Source: an uncultured virus (IMG/VR IMGVR_UViG_2061766007_001805) (Duplodnaviria > Heunggongvirae > Uroviricota > Caudoviricetes). From it: a stretch of DNA of 62,391 bases. Location of the stretch: IMG/VR virus record IMGVR_UViG_2061766007_001805, one strand, 5' to 3'. Positions 1 to 14,006 of the stretch are shown here, piece by piece (the first letter of the stretch is position 1; each line of letters opens with the position of its first letter). The translations under genes and the position numbers were made by a program. The notes beneath the pieces are model-generated. The model worked only from the letters and a program-made list of their open reading frames with translations. It had not been told where the DNA came from and made no database searches.

Positions 1-244
1 ACCACCTGTATCATTTCAATTTTTGAAAATATAAATTTTCCATTTTATTGAAATTTTTCATATAGTCTGAATTATTACATACATTTTACTCATTTTACAA
101 TAATCTTTTATGAAAGTATTTATAAAAAATGCTCATTTTTTCATATTCATATAATAATAAAAATTTTCAAAAATAAATATTTTGGAACAGAAAGAGATTA
201 AGCTCGTTGTTAATTCTTGTTAAAGAAAATTAAAAAATATTAAT

Positions 245-320
245 TAGGACTATTTAACACAAATTAGGATTTTTTAGGATAGTTTAGGACTATTTAACAC
301 AATTTAGGATTTTTTAGGAT
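245..320. repeat. Two ~40-bp direct repeats (TTAGGACTATTTAACACAA.TTAGGATTTTTTAGGAT) in an AT-rich non-coding region
   Basis: Directly visible tandem duplication, with further ATTTAACA copies up to ~850. Confidence 0.8.
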
Positions 321-446
321 TTTCAAACATCAGATTTAACATAAATTAATCAATTTTTGGGTTTTCCAACATCATTTAACAAAAATTAATGCAAGTTGCG
401 TTATAAAATCGTTTTGCTGCGAAACAACTTGTCATCGGAGTGACTT

Positions 447-3400
447 ATGGGACAGAAAATAGAACATGGATTTAACAAAACTTAGGATGTTGGCACTCCA
501 ACATCATCACTGAACATACCGGCGTCGTCTATTATCATTCCTGCTCATCCAAAGAAGCGGGTGGAATCGGAAGATGCGGTTGGCGAGCCATTATCTGGAG
601 CATCTGAGCAGACAGAAAATTGTTTTGCTGCGAAACATTAGTTTAATTCGGATTTAACAAATGATGTTGGCAGTCCAACATCATCAACTTGTTTTGCTGC
701 GAAACAACAGGCTGGCACTTCAACATCATCTTCCGGAAATCAGAGGATGTCAGCCGGCAGTCCAACAGGAAATGCGGAGTCTGTGGTTGGTGAGCCTGGG
801 TTGTCAAGTTGTTTTGCTGCAGAACATTAGTTTAATTCGGATTTAACAAATGATGTTGGTGAGCCAACATCATCAAATCGTTCTGCAGCAAAACATCAAG
901 CTGACAGTATCCCAACATCGTCAACAAATTCTGTTGCATCACCCGTGTCTTGCGGAAGTCCAACGTCATTTCGCGGAACATCTGCATCATTTCGCGGAAC
1001 TATACAGTCGGAATCTTCAGCAGAGCAGTCATATTCCGGCACTCCAACATCATCTTACGGAAGTTCTATGGAATCTCGCGGAACCGGAACTGCATTTGGC
1101 GGAGCTGCAACATCATTTGGCGGAAGTTCATCATCATCGGCAGAGTCTGAAGCATCATTAGCAGACTCTGAAGCATCTGCACAGGTTAGTGATGACATTA
1201 CTGCGGATGATGTTGATAGTCCGGTGTCAGACAGTTCCGTATTAAAGCGTAAGCGTGGTCGTGTAAAGGGCAGTGTTTCGTCGAATAAGAGCAGTGGTGC
1301 ATCAAAGAAGATTGGAAAGTACGTATATAGTAAGGATGAAGCGGATGATGAGAAAAACAGTGTGTATGTCGATACAGAGAATTACTTTGACGCAGATCGT
1401 CTTGATGACAATCAGCCGATGAAGCAGGATCGCAAGTTATACAATGAGCCTATTGACATTCCGGATTGTTCTGAAGAGCGTTGGAAGTCTGTATGGAATG
1501 TCTCAGATGAGTACAAGTTGTACATTTCGAATCACGGAAGGGTCCGTATTATACCGGAAATCAAGACTAACAAGCACGGACGTCGTTTTCTCAACATACA
1601 TGGTGTTATGTATCCGATAGATGTGCTTGTAGCGTCTCTGTTCACTACGAATCCTACGAAGTCTGAGTTGGTTATTCACACGGACAGCAGTGTGGGCAAT
1701 GATCGTGCTGACAATCTGTGTTGGGTTCCGAACAAGACTGTTGATTATCCGGTCATCACTATGTGTAATATGACTACGAACACTTATCAGCACAAGTTGT
1801 ATCCGCGTCAGACTGTGGCGTTGATGAAGGATATGATGCACCGTATGATTCTGGACAAGATTCTGGTTCCTCTGATGCCTGGTTTGGCTCGTTGTCAGCG
1901 TCAGGTGATATATGACGGTATTTCTGAAGAGATGAACGATGAGGTTCTTGAGTACATAAGGGAGAAGTATCCGTATATGATGCCTGATGACATAGAGTGG
2001 TTGGGTGACAAGCCGGACAGGTTCAGGAGAAAGTGGAATCATGTGGTTAAGGGTAACAATGAGTACTTGTTGTCTGATGAGGAGTATGCAAGGGCGAAGG
2101 AGAACAAGGTTCAGCAGGTCAAGGACAGGGTGACTGCGTGGAACGAGTACCAGATTATGAGCAATTTGTATGACGGCGGTATAGACGGCGTGAAGTTGGG
2201 TGTGGATGTCGGTCCTTCCGGTGTGTATATGGATGACAGGCATGCGAGGGAGTATGTGGATGATTTGAGGAAGAGCGGTGAGAGCCGTTTGTCTTCGTTG
2301 CAGTACACGGATTTCAACAGGAGAATGAGAGAGCATAACGGTGCATAGCCTGCCAAGAGGTGGAATAACACGGATTTGGATAAAGGTTGTTACGGTGATA
2401 GTGTGAATCGTTCTGCTGCAGAACATCAGGCTGGTTCATCTCAGATGAGCAGTGAGTCTGGTAGCGGTTCGTCTCAGAAGAGCGGTGATTCCGGTCAGAA
2501 GCAGATGACAGCCGGTGACTGGTTCGGCAGTGCGTACGGTGCCGGCGGAATGAGCGGTGCGGTTGAGACTGTGGTGAAGAAGAAGGTGAGTGGTGTTCCT
2601 GATGTAGATGAGAATAATACGGATTTAACAAATGACAGTTATGGTATGTCACAAGCAAATCGTTCTGCAGCAAAACAATTGGCTGATTACTATTATGAAG
2701 ATGAGGATGAAGAAGATGATGATTCTTCTGAAGACAGTCCTGTGAATATCCACATTAATAGAGAAGATAATGAAGATGACAGTCTTGCCGGTCTGTATAG
2801 GGGCGGTAATACGAAGAAAGTGATAAAGATGAAAGAAGATGCTGTGAAGAGACAGCAATAGAGAGAGCAGGAGAATGTGAATTACAAGCGTTCTTCAGGG
2901 CGTGTTATGTTTGACGAATTCAAAGAGTACTTGGGTGGTAAACCTATGACAATGGAAGAGTACAAGAAGAAGCTGGAAGAGTATGAAGAGTTTAGAGAGC
3001 AGGGGTTCATGTATGCTAATTTTGACGAGAGTGTGTTTGAAGGCGGAGTGACTATGTTGGATCACGAGCCGTTGCTGACTCCGAATTAGAGACATGTGAG
3101 GTGGATGCGTGAGAACGGCAAGAGCATTAACGGCACTGTGGTGAAGAGAGACGACACCGGCATAAGATATTTCATTGATGAGAACGGTAAGTGGAGAGTG
3201 ATTATGGAGATTCCTGCGCCTGAGTTGCTGACAATCCGTGGAAAGTGGAATTTTGGCGGGGGAAGAAGGAGTCCGGTTCTGTGCACGTTCCCTAACGGCA
3301 AGGAGATGGTGTTCTGGAGTATAATATGTGCTGCTAAGTACTTGAATTTGGATATTGCGAATATAGTGAATTGTTGTCTTGGTAAGTCATCGATGACTGG

Positions 3401-3767
3401 TGGTATGAAGTTCAGGTATGTGGATGTCAAGGATGAGACGAGAGTCAATGATTTTTATGAAGCAAGATTGGAAGAAGACATAAGGGCATCTGAAGATGAT
3501 GACACTGACGATGAAGATTGCATATATGTTCTGAAACCTAAAATTGATGAGAATGGAAATACTGTGGATAGAAAGAAGGGACGTCCGAAGAAGAGTGAGT
3601 ACAGAAAGTTGTACAAGCCTAAGCAGACTGCCGGTGGTGTTCTGAATGTCATTGACAGAGCATTAGGTGACGTGTTTAGCACTGAAAAGAAGAAAAAGAT
3701 TAAACTGGATGACTATACTCCGACTGAATAGTAGATATAGGATATGCTGGACAGCAGTTTGGGGTGA
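447..3767 (+). CDS. ~1106 aa protein (code 15): Ser-rich repetitive N-terminus, NUMOD4 + degenerate HNH-like domain, acidic linker, NUMOD1-like HTH and AT-hook-like motifs
   Basis: ORFs 945-2348, 2376-2861, 2877-3089 and 3096-3731 share one frame and are separated only by TAG. The frame is open from ATG 447 to TGA 3765-3767. Motifs: ERWKSV...YISNHGRVR (NUMOD4), VLVASLFTTNP...IHTD...NDRADNLCWV (HNH_3-like), FWSIICAAKYL...IVNCCLGK...GGMKFRY (NUMOD1), KKGRPKK. The start codon is uncertain. Confidence 0.7.
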
Positions 3768-3870
3768 TATTCAAATATCCTGAGGAATATTTGAATATTG
3801 GTCGATATTTGAATATCTTGGGGGATATTTGAATATGGCAGGATATTTGAATATCAGATTGGGATATTTC
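3765..3870. repeat. Cluster of imperfect palindromes GATATTTGAATATC (similar clusters at ~13785-13890 and ~22825-22920)
   Basis: About 5 closely spaced copies in each of three non-coding regions. Confidence 0.7.
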
Positions 3871-4012
3871 TGGAGATGATATTTAAGAATCTGGAGATGA
3901 TAGTGAGAATGTGGTAGTCCAACAGTCCAACATCATCTCTTGAGTTTCATTTGATTAAATTGTTCTGCAGCAAAACAATAGGTTAATTTGGACTACCAGA
4001 TATCATCTGCAT

Positions 4013-4050
4013 AAAAAGAGAGCAACTATCGAGAAAGATAATTGCTCTTA
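4013..4050 (-). terminator. Intrinsic terminator AAAAAGAGCAACTATC-loop-GATAATTGCTCTT downstream of family genes (also ~5083, 6141, 8900, 15117, 17521, 19986)
   Basis: GC-containing stem followed by a U-run on the minus strand, just past TAA stops. Confidence 0.75.
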
Positions 4051-4057
4051 TTATATA

Positions 4058-4828
4058 TTAGTCCGGAAAACATTGATAAAGCTTTAACTGTAACTGTGTG
4101 TCATTATTCAGTTCATTGAATATCATAACTTTTGTTTTTTCAGGAAAGAAAAGAGAAATTATACTAACTACTATATTGTCCGGTACTATTGCATTTTTGT
4201 CTATCTTATATGAAGTGTATCTGTATGGATTATCTATATCCACATCTGAATGTTCTTCTGTTAATATATTGTTGATGTTATTAATCATTATATCGGTTAT
4301 ATAACTATTCTCATCTTTCCATAGATGTCTCATGATATTGCCTACAAATCTACATGCTGTTATATATGAATGTAGTTTGGGTAAATTAAAGAACAGCACC
4401 ATGTCGACTCTGCCGAATTCTCCACACGGAGATTGGATAAACTATTCTAATGAATTAGACCACCGTGTGATGAGTTTGTATTCATAGAAATCAATGAAAT
4501 TACATTCATTGTATTTGTCTTTAAGTAGCCACCATGCTGATTTTTCTACTACTGTTGGTTGTGAATACTCTATTCCGTACACATCAAACATATAAAGAAT
4601 GTTCTTGAATGTGTGTGGAATTTTAACAGTCCATATTTTACTCTATGTTAAACTATTATTACTGTCTACCTCAAAAATTATACAGTGTGTGTATCTGGAT
4701 GCCATTGCATCATAGTATTCAGCTGGTGTATCATAATATATGTCATCAGTGTTGAAATCACCAACTGAATTTCTCACATCCTCATCTGTCAGATCCAAGT
4801 CTTTGAAGTAGTCTTCTTTTAGTAGCAT
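4058..4828 (-). CDS. MILNE-family paralog, 256 aa (code 15)
   Basis: MLLKEDYF leader; frame open apart from 2 TAG; core YGIEYS..P / FFNLP / FFPEK / CFPD. Confidence 0.85.
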
Positions 4829-5119
4829 TAATATATAGAGATAATGTAGTTTCCTTATTTATTCTTGAGATGAGTCTGGACTATCAACCATATATTTAAA
4901 TACTGCGTTACAGGTTAAAAAACAGCAGTTTATTGCGGATATTTTGTTGGATTATATAAGATCTTTTATAGTTACTGTACCGGCAGTCCAACAGTCCAAC
5001 AACATCTCTTGGGTTTCATTTGATTAAGTTGTTCTGCAGCAAAACAACAGGTTAATTTGGAAATTCAACATCATAAAGAAAGAGAGCAACTATCGGGATA
5101 GATAATTGCTCTTGTACTA

Positions 5120-5887
5120 TTAATCATAGTCCGGAAAGCATTGATAAAGCTTTAACTGTAACTGTGTATCATTATTAAGTTCATTGAATATCATGTCATA
5201 TGTTTTTTCAGGAAAGAAAAGAGCAAGTAGTTCAAGTACTGTCTTGTCCGGTTCTATTGTTGTCTTGTTTATTCTATAAAACGAAGAAGGATTTGTCTAC
5301 GGATTATATAAATTAATTTCAACATATTGTCCTTTTAAATGTTTGATGACATCGAATATACTAAACCGATCTATAAATTTATTCTTCCATAAACACTTCA
5401 TAATATTACCGACGAACTTACATGCTGCTGTATATGACTATGTTTTTGGTAAATTAAAGAATATGATCATGTTGAGTAAGTTGCGTTTTTGGCACGGAGA
5501 TTTGGTAAACTCTTCTAATGAATCATACCGTGTGATGAGTTTGTATCCATAAAAATCAATGAATTTACAGTAGTTGAACTCATTTCTGAGACGGATTGTT
5601 GCTATGGGTTCTACTAATGTGAGTCGTGAATATTCTATTCCATATACATCAAACAACTAAGAAAGCTTCTTGTACATATGCGAGATTTCAACAGTCTTAT
5701 TGATAGTATGCATCGGAAAATCAGATATAGGTGTTGTAAAGATCAGACAGTGTGTAAATTTGGAGGTCATAGCATTATAGTAGTCAGCCGGTGTAGCATA
5801 ATCAATGTCATCAGCATCTGAATCTGAAGATGCTATATTGTCATCTGTTATTTCCAAGTCTTTGAAGTAGTCTTCTTTTAGTAGCAT
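5120..5887 (-). CDS. MILNE-family paralog, 255 aa (code 15)
   Basis: Fragments in one frame joined across TAGs; ends CFPDYD-TAA. Confidence 0.85.
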
Positions 5888-6177
5888 TGATATGAAGATA
5901 ATGTGATTTCCTTATTTATTCTTGAGGATGTGTTGAGGACTATCAACCACATATTTAAATACTGTGTTACAGGTTAAAAAACAGCAGTTTATTGCGGATA
6001 TTTTGTAGGATCATATTAGATCTTTGATAGTTGCTGTCCTGGTAGTTCAACAGTCCGGCATCATCTTTTGAATATACTTAATTAAATTGTTCTGCAGCAA
6101 AACAATTAGTTAGTCTGGAAATCCAACATCATAAAGAAAGAGAGCAACTATCAGGAGAGATAATTGCTCTTGTGCTA

Positions 6178-6951
6178 TTAATCAGGGAAGCATTTGTACA
6201 GTCTGGACAGCAGTTCACGATCACTGCTGAGTTCATCATATATTGTATCTTCATCCTTCTCCGGAAAGAACATACGGATGATTCCTGTTACTATATCATC
6301 AGGATGTACCAGGTCTTTATATACTGTATGTTTCACACCCCGGTAAGCATACGGATTGTACAAATGTAAGCCTTCATAGATTCTTCCCATAAGTGACCGA
6401 TCCTGTATGATTAACTTCTTCAAGTAACTATTATGGTTTCTGTTCTTCCACAGTTGTTTTACAATGTTGCCGATAAACCTGCATGCTGCTAAATATGTAT
6501 GGATTTTCGGTAGATTGAAGAACATCAGCATATTGATAGCACCGATTTTAATGTATGGGTTGTTGTCCTTGAGAGTAGTTAGTCCATTATACTTTGTAAT
6601 GAGTTTATATCCGTAGAAATCTATGAACTTGTACCGCTCATATCCTTCTGAGTGATGGATTTCCTGTACCATAGCAGTTGAATACCGGACTTCATACACA
6701 TCCAGTATATATTGTATATTCTTGAGCAAACGCGGAACATCATGATTCCATATCTTATCCTGTGTTAGAATGTCAGCATACTCAATATCGAAAGACATAC
6801 AGTGGGTGTATTCGGACTTCATGGAGTTAAACCACTCTTTCGGATTAGCATATGTCTTATCTGTGTCGGATATGTTGAAATCATCAATTGGATATTTCAG
6901 GTCATCATCAGTAATCTCTATGTCATCGAAGTAATTCTCTTTCAGTATCAT
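6178..6951 (-). CDS. MILNE-family paralog, 257 aa
   Basis: Intact ORF with family motifs and no internal TAG. Confidence 0.9.
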   Translation of the reverse strand: MILKENYFDDIEITDDDLKYPIDDFNISDTDKTYANPKEWFNSMKSEYTHCMSFDIEYADILTQDKIWNHDVPRLLKNIQYILDVYEVRYSTAMVQEIHHSEGYERYKFIDFYGYKLITKYNGLTTLKDNNPYIKIGAINMLMFFNLPKIHTYLAACRFIGNIVKQLWKNRNHNSYLKKLIIQDRSLMGRIYEGLHLYNPYAYRGVKHTVYKDLVHPDDIVTGIIRMFFPEKDEDTIYDELSSDRELLSRLYKCFPD

Positions 6952-7158
6952 TTAGTATGGATAATACAGTTTCCTTATTTATTCTTGGGAGATGAGTCGA
7001 TGTTCTCCGGACTGTCAATTAGCCTAACTGTGTTACCTGTTAAAAAATATGTAGTTTATTGCGGATATTTTGTATGATCATATAAGATCTTTAGTAGTTA
7101 CTGGACCGGCAGTCCAACATCATCTCCTGATAAATACATAAATTAAATTTCCATAATA

Positions 7159-7905
7159 ATGATACTGAACGAAGATTACTTCAATGACTTAGAGATAGAA
7201 GACAAAGATGTCATAGAAGATGTTGATGAACTCGACTATGAACTGACATTAGATGATGTTCAGAAGTTACCTGAACAATATAGTCATTTAATAAGATTTG
7301 AGATTGAGAATGCTGATGATAATAGGAATACAACATTTATTCAAACATCACTAATACCAAAATTATTCAAGAGACTTGATACCATATTCGAACTCTATGG
7401 TATTGAGCATTATGAATATGTACTTGCGTCAAGGCATGATGTGAAAATTTGTGAAACTGTAGTCAAATTCGGAGACTATCAGTTATTCTGCGAAGAAGAC
7501 AAGAAAGATAAATTTATAAACAACACATATGATTGTTTTTTCATCAATGTGTTTGTCAATTATCCTGAGTTTACTTATAAGAAAGCATTCCGTTTTCTAT
7601 ACACTATGCTTAATTTATATAAGAATAGTAAACTAATTAACCGGATGAGTTTTAATCTAAACACAACTAATGATTATTTTATAGAATTAGAATTTAGGAC
7701 TGAAAACAATCATATAAAATTTTATTAGTATAATACATATACATGTGGATATGACGCTATAATGTATTTATGTAATGAACTAACAGAAGAAAATAAGAGA
7801 GTATTCTACTTCTCTGTTTTCTATCATTTCTTCGGAGAAGGAGTAAGCGCACCATATAAGTTAATTGACAGGGATGTATCACTCAAACCCATTAGACCAA
7901 GATAA
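7159..7905 (+). CDS. MILNE-family paralog, subfamily B (LFKRLD..F/DRDVP), 248 aa (code 15)
   Basis: TAG at 7726 read through to the DRDVSLKPIRPR-TAA end shared with paralogs. Confidence 0.85.
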
Positions 7906-7998
7906 CATCTTGTTCTCCTGTAGAACAATAATAACTGCTGATGATAGTGGTAGTCCAACATCATTCCTGATAAATACATAAACTGAATTTCCATAATT

Positions 7999-8769
7999 AT
8001 GCTAATTAATGAAGATTATTTCAATGACTTAGAGATAGAAGACAAAGATGTCATAGAAGATGTTGATGAACTCGACCATGAACTGACAGTAGAAGAACTC
8101 CATAAGTTGCCTGAGCAATATAATCATAGCATAGCGATTGAAATAAAAAACCTTGATAAATGTAGAAGATGTACAACATTTTTCCAAACAACACTAATAC
8201 CGAAACTATTCAAGAGACTTGATGACATATTCGATATGTATGGTATTGAACATTCAGAGTATGTACTTACATCAGTTATGCAGAAATACTGTAACACTGT
8301 AGTCAAATTCGGAGATTATCAGTTATTTTGTGAAGAACATCTTAAAGACGAATTCATAAACGACACATATGAGTAGTTCTTCATTCAAGCGTTTGTCAAA
8401 TATCCGCAGTTTACTTATAAGAGAGCATTCCGTTTTATATACACATTAATTCCTAATCTATACAGAATGGACAGACATATCGGTTTTATGGGTTTTTATC
8501 CATCCGCTAATGATTATGCTACTACAACATTATATTTCTATTTTCAAAGGACACCAAATGATATAAGATTTGAATACTATGATGAAATAATTAAAAAAAT
8601 GGGACGTGGAATGTTTTTATGTGATGAAGATTATTTCACAAGTGAATATCTAAAGAAAGATTTCTACTATGCTGTTTTCCGTCATTTCTTCGGAGAGAAA
8701 GAAGTAAATAAGATAGATTATGAAGCAATTGATAGGGATGTACCACTCAAACCTATTAATCCAAGATAA
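7999..8769 (+). CDS. MILNE-family paralog, subfamily B, 256 aa (code 15)
   Basis: 7999-8376 and 8467-8769 in frame across a TAG. Confidence 0.85.
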
Positions 8770-8940
8770 CATCTTGTTCTCTTGTAGAACTATATAACCG
8801 CTGATGATAGTGGTAGTCCAACAGCATCTCTTGTGATGAAGATATTAAATTGTTCTGCAGCAAAACAATTAGTTAATTTGGAAATCCAACATATTAAAGA
8901 AAAAGAGCAACTATCGGGATAGATAATTGCTCTTGTGCTA

Positions 8941-9717
8941 TTAATCATAGTCCGGAAAGCATTGATAAAGTTTTAACAGTAACTATGTGTCATTATCAAG
9001 TTCATTGTATATCATACCATAAGATTTTTCAGGGAAAAAAAGAGAAATTGCACTAACTACTATACCATTGGGTACGATTGTACTTTTATCCATCTTATAT
9101 AAAGATGTCTTTGGATTACCTATGTCCACAACAGGATAATCTTCTGTTGATATATTGTTATTGTTATCAATCATTATATTGGATATATAACCTTTATGAT
9201 TCCCATCTTTCCACAGATGTCTCATGATATTACCGATGAACTTACATGCTGTTATGTATGAAGTTGCTTTTGGTAAATTAAAGAACATTACCATATCGAC
9301 ACTGCCAAGTTTTCCGCCCGGTGTTTGGATAAACTCTTCTAATGAATTACACCGTGTGATTAGTTTGTATCCATAGAAATCAATGAAGTTACAGTTGTTG
9401 AATTTGTCTTGAAATATCCAATATGCTGAACTTTCTACTACTGTTGGTTGTGAATACTCTATTCCGTATGCATCAAACATATAAAGAATGATCTTGAATG
9501 TGTGTGGAATTTTAACAGTCCAGTCATCACTCTATGTTAAACTATTATTACTGTCTACACTAAAAATTATACTGTGTGTAAATTTGGATGTCATAGCATT
9601 ATAATACTCAGCTGGTGTATCATAGTATATCTCATCAGAGTTGAAATCATCGACTGAAGATGCTATATCATCATCTGTTATTTCAATATCATCAAAGTAG
9701 TTTTCGTTCAGTATCAT
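8941..9717 (-). CDS. MILNE-family paralog, 258 aa (code 15)
   Basis: In-frame fragments joined across TAGs; close relative of 4058-4828. Confidence 0.85.
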
Positions 9718-9791
9718 CATCAGTGTATAATGTGGTTTCCTTATTTATTCTAACTTGCAATAGTAGGTAAAGTCCAATATCAGATTCTACC

Positions 9792-10571
9792 TTAATAGGC
9801 AACATAGTCATACAGTTTAGAGAGTAATTCTTCATTTTCCCGGAGTTCTTGTCTTATTTCCTCTGGAAATTTTTCCGGGAAGAAAGTGTTAATCAAATCA
9901 GTTAGTTTGTAATCCGGCGATGATGTTCTACGGATTGGCAATATATCTCTATACATTTGCACGCCGCATTGTTTCCGTTGCACGCCGCAATGTTCCTGTC
10001 TGCCATTAACCCATTCAAGTCTCCATATATAGAATTCGTTAATGTCCGCTTTATATTTTTTGTTTCCCCAGGGCCAGAGATATTTCTTAATACTGCCAGT
10101 AAATTTACATACGGTTTTATATGTATAGGTTTCCGGTAAATTGAAGAACATCACAAAATAAGCACCGATGTTTAAATTAATTGTCGTTTTTTCTAAAGAA
10201 TCGTGTAATGTGACTAACTTATAACTATAAAAATCAATAAAGTCATATGATTCATAGTTTGTTATAAAGCACTATTTAGGTTCTTCGTCTATTGTTTGAA
10301 TTATGGGTTTTGTGTATTCTGCTCCGTATAGATCGAATATGTCATAGATATGCTTGAATGTATTCGGTATTTCATGTTCCCATGTCTTAGACTCTGAAGA
10401 TATATCTCTCTTCTTAATGAAGAAGATCATGCTGTATGTGTATCTGGATTTTATATCCTAAAACCATTTCTCAGGATTATCACAGTTGTCATTAATAATG
10501 TGTTCGTCTGTGTCCGAAAAATCGTTATCAGTGAGTTCAAGGTCATTGAAATAATCTTCATTCAGTATCAT
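9792..10571 (-). CDS. MILNE-family paralog, ~259 aa (code 15)
   Basis: MILNEDYF start in frame with ORF 9792-10154; internal TAGs. Confidence 0.8.
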
Positions 10572-10777
10572 CATCAGTGTATAATGTGGTTTCCTTATTT
10601 ATTCTTGGGAGAATACTCAGTGATGTCTGGACTGTCAATTCACCCTAACTGCGTTACAGGTTAAAAACAGCAGTTTATTGCGGATATTTTGTATGATCAT
10701 ATAAGATCTTTGATAGTTGCTGAACCGGCAGTCCAACATCATCTCCTGATAAATACATAAACTAATTATCCGTACTG

Positions 10778-11527
10778 ATGATACTGAACGAAGATTACTT
10801 TGATGACTTGGAGATAAAGGATGAGGATATCATAGATGATGTTGAAGAACCAAAGCATGATCTGACAGTAGAAGAACTTCATAAGTTGCCTGAGCAATAT
10901 AATAATTTAATAAGATTTCGGATAGAAGTTGATGATAATGATAAGGATACAACATTTATTCAAACATCACTAATACCAAGATTATTCAAGAGACTTGATA
11001 CCATATTCGAACTCTATGGTATTGAACATTATGAATATATACTTGCGTCAAGGTATTATGTGTGTTATTGTGAAACTGTAGTCAAATTCGGAAACCATCA
11101 GTTATTCTGTGAAGAATACGAGAAATATAAATTTATAAATGGTAAATATGAATATTTCTTCATCCATGTGTATGTCAATTATCCTGAGTTTACTTATAAG
11201 AGAGCATTCCGTTTTCTATACACAGTGCTTAATCTATATAGAGATTGTAAACAAACTAATTAGATGATTTTTGAACCACTCACTGATGATTATGTTATAG
11301 AATTAGAATTTGGGACTGAATACAATCTTATAGAATTTTATTACTATAATAGAAAAATAGATGCAAGAGGAAATGTCATAAATTTAGGTAATGAACTAAC
11401 AGAAGAAGATAAGAGAGAATTCTACTACTCTGTTTTCTATCATTTCTCCAAACAAGGAGTAAGCGCGCCATTTAAGTTAATTGACAAGGATGTTCCGTTC
11501 AAACCTATTAGACCACTTGAATTCTAA
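10778..11527 (+). CDS. MILNE-family paralog, subfamily B, 249 aa (code 15)
   Basis: Two abutting in-frame ORFs separated by a single TAG. Confidence 0.85.
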
Positions 11528-11624
11528 TAATATATTGTTTCGCTGCAGAACAATATAACTGCTGTCGATAAGGTACTCCAACATCATTGTCTGCAATAAA
11601 TACATAAACTGAATTTCCATAATA

Positions 11625-12449
11625 ATGATNNNNNNNNNNNNNNNNNNNNNNNNNNNNNNNNNNNNNNNNNNNNNNNNNNNNNNNNNCTTGGAGATAACAG
11701 ATGATGATATTATAGTAGATAATCCGCTTGAGCAACCATATGATATAAATGCCGTTGATAAACATCTCACATCTTATTATGAACGCTGTCTATTATTAGC
11801 ATTGATATATGAAAAAGATATATATGCTTTAGATTCACATCCGCATATTATCAATTTGCTCAATAAAGTAAAACATTTCCTTGATGTTTACAACATAGAA
11901 TATGAATATGTATTCCGAGACAAATCAAAGGGAATTGGAAATCTGTACTTATATGATGTCGGCGACTTCAGTGTGATTTCATCATACTATCCAGAATCAT
12001 CGTTAAACTACAAAAGCAACAGATACTACAATGGTGTGACTATTGTCATATATATGAGGAAGATACCAAAGTTCACATATAAGGAATCATATCACTTCAT
12101 TCATAGATTATATAATACATTATGGAGATAGTATATGAATTATGATTCCATGAGAATCACAAAATATAAGAACTTATACACTTGGAATGAAATATGTGAT
12201 TTCATGAGAATCACAAATAAGCCGATTTCACTATATGGGGATATTCTGAATGATTCGTGGAAAGATACGTCAATAACATTAAGAGACCTTACAAATCGAC
12301 GAATAATATATAACTTGCCTTATAGGGATTATTTCAAAAAAGCATTACTGTGTTTCCATAACACAGACGAAGACATAATGATAATTGATGACATGTGTAG
12401 TAAACTCAAAAATGGTATTGACCCGTTCAAAAGCAGTAATGTGCATTGA
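11625..12449 (+). CDS. MILNE-family paralog, subfamily C (PY..FFKKA..DPF), spans an N gap
   Basis: In-frame fragments across a TAG; 5' part hidden by Ns. Confidence 0.75.
11630..11686. other. Assembly gap (N run)
   Basis: Run of n characters. Confidence 0.99.
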
Positions 12450-12509
12450 TAATAGCAGCACTCTAACATCATTGTCTGCAATAAATACATAAACTGAATT
12501 TCCATAATA

Positions 12510-13292
12510 ATGATACTGAACGAGGATTACTTCAAGGAACTTGACCTGACCGACGATGATGTGCATGTAAATGACACCCTTGGTGACGGATGTCCGGATT
12601 AGACAGATAATGTCAGGTCACTCTTCGAACATATGTTCTCCAGGTACTCGCACTGCATTGTCATTACCACCAATGAACTTGTCTATCCGTTTACTGACAC
12701 GAAACTGTGGATGACTATGATGCCGGCTCTGTTCAAGAGACTGAACTGTGTGTTGGAACTGTACGGAATACAGTATTCAGAGCCTGTCTTCATGTATGAG
12801 CATGACTGGAATGACCGTCTCTCGAACTATGACGACTGTGACAAATACAATATATACAATTATTACGGATACAAGATAATCAGCGAATATGATTCCGAAT
12901 ATGACTTTGAAGAGAGTATCCAGTATGATGAAGACGAACTGAAGATAATCATGTTCTTCGATATGCCTGAGTTCACATCACTCAGGAAAGCATACAGATT
13001 CATCTGCAATATAATCAGGAACGTATGGAAGTCCAAATACGAACAGGACATATATTGGTCAATATTTATATATAAGTCATAGGAAAAGAAATTCTATAAG
13101 AATGATATATACGATTGCATAACCGTATTCAGAAGGGAGATTAACGATATCATAGATATCAATAACTTGAAGCGCATACCTTTGTTGAACATACTCAAGT
13201 ATATGGCACCGACAGTCGGGCGCATAGTGTTTGACATGCCGTTTGACGAGTTGACTGATATTCTAAAGGGAAATAAAAAACAGCATCAGTAA
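12510..13292 (+). CDS. MILNE-family paralog, 260 aa (code 15)
   Basis: MILNEDYFKEL start; 2 TAG; TAA at 13290. Confidence 0.85.
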
Positions 13293-14006
13293 CAAGGTGC
13301 TGTTCTTTTTGTTGGATAATATGCAGTTTTACTGAAGAACAATGACAGATGATACCAGCACTCCAATATCATTCTTTTCAGATATTAATCAAATAGAAAA
13401 ACAGATACTAATCAGATACTACGGATACTGCTGGACTTCCAATATCAATCATCTGAACATTTCCCTGAACATTACCCTATTCATTACCCTGAACATTACC
13501 CTAAAGTATTTCCGAGATAAACTTCATTTTTCATACCTGTTTCTCATTTTCAAGATCTTTACGTCTTTATACACTTTTGAACATCCGGCTTCAACTAAAC
13601 AGATACTGCTGATGATAGTGGCAGTCCAACATCATCTCTTGTGATGAAGATATTAAATTGTTCTGTAGCAAAACAATAAGTTAGTTTGGACTGTCAAACA
13701 TCATTCTGCCAAGGTCTTGGGTAATATTCGGGTCGTATGCGGGTAATATTCGGGTCAGATTTGTTTTTTTATGGGTTTTAATAGAATATTTGAATATTAT
13801 GGACGATATTTGAATATTGTCGGATATTTAAATATCTTGGGAAATATTTGAATATTGCCAGATATATGAATATCGGATTTAGATATTTCCGGAGATGACA
13901 TTTCATTATAATTATATGAAAAAGACTGAAGATGAACAGTAGTTGGGCAATAGTATTGGTAGTCCAACAGTCCAACTTCTGCTTACAGCACAAGCAGTTT
14001 GTTGTT

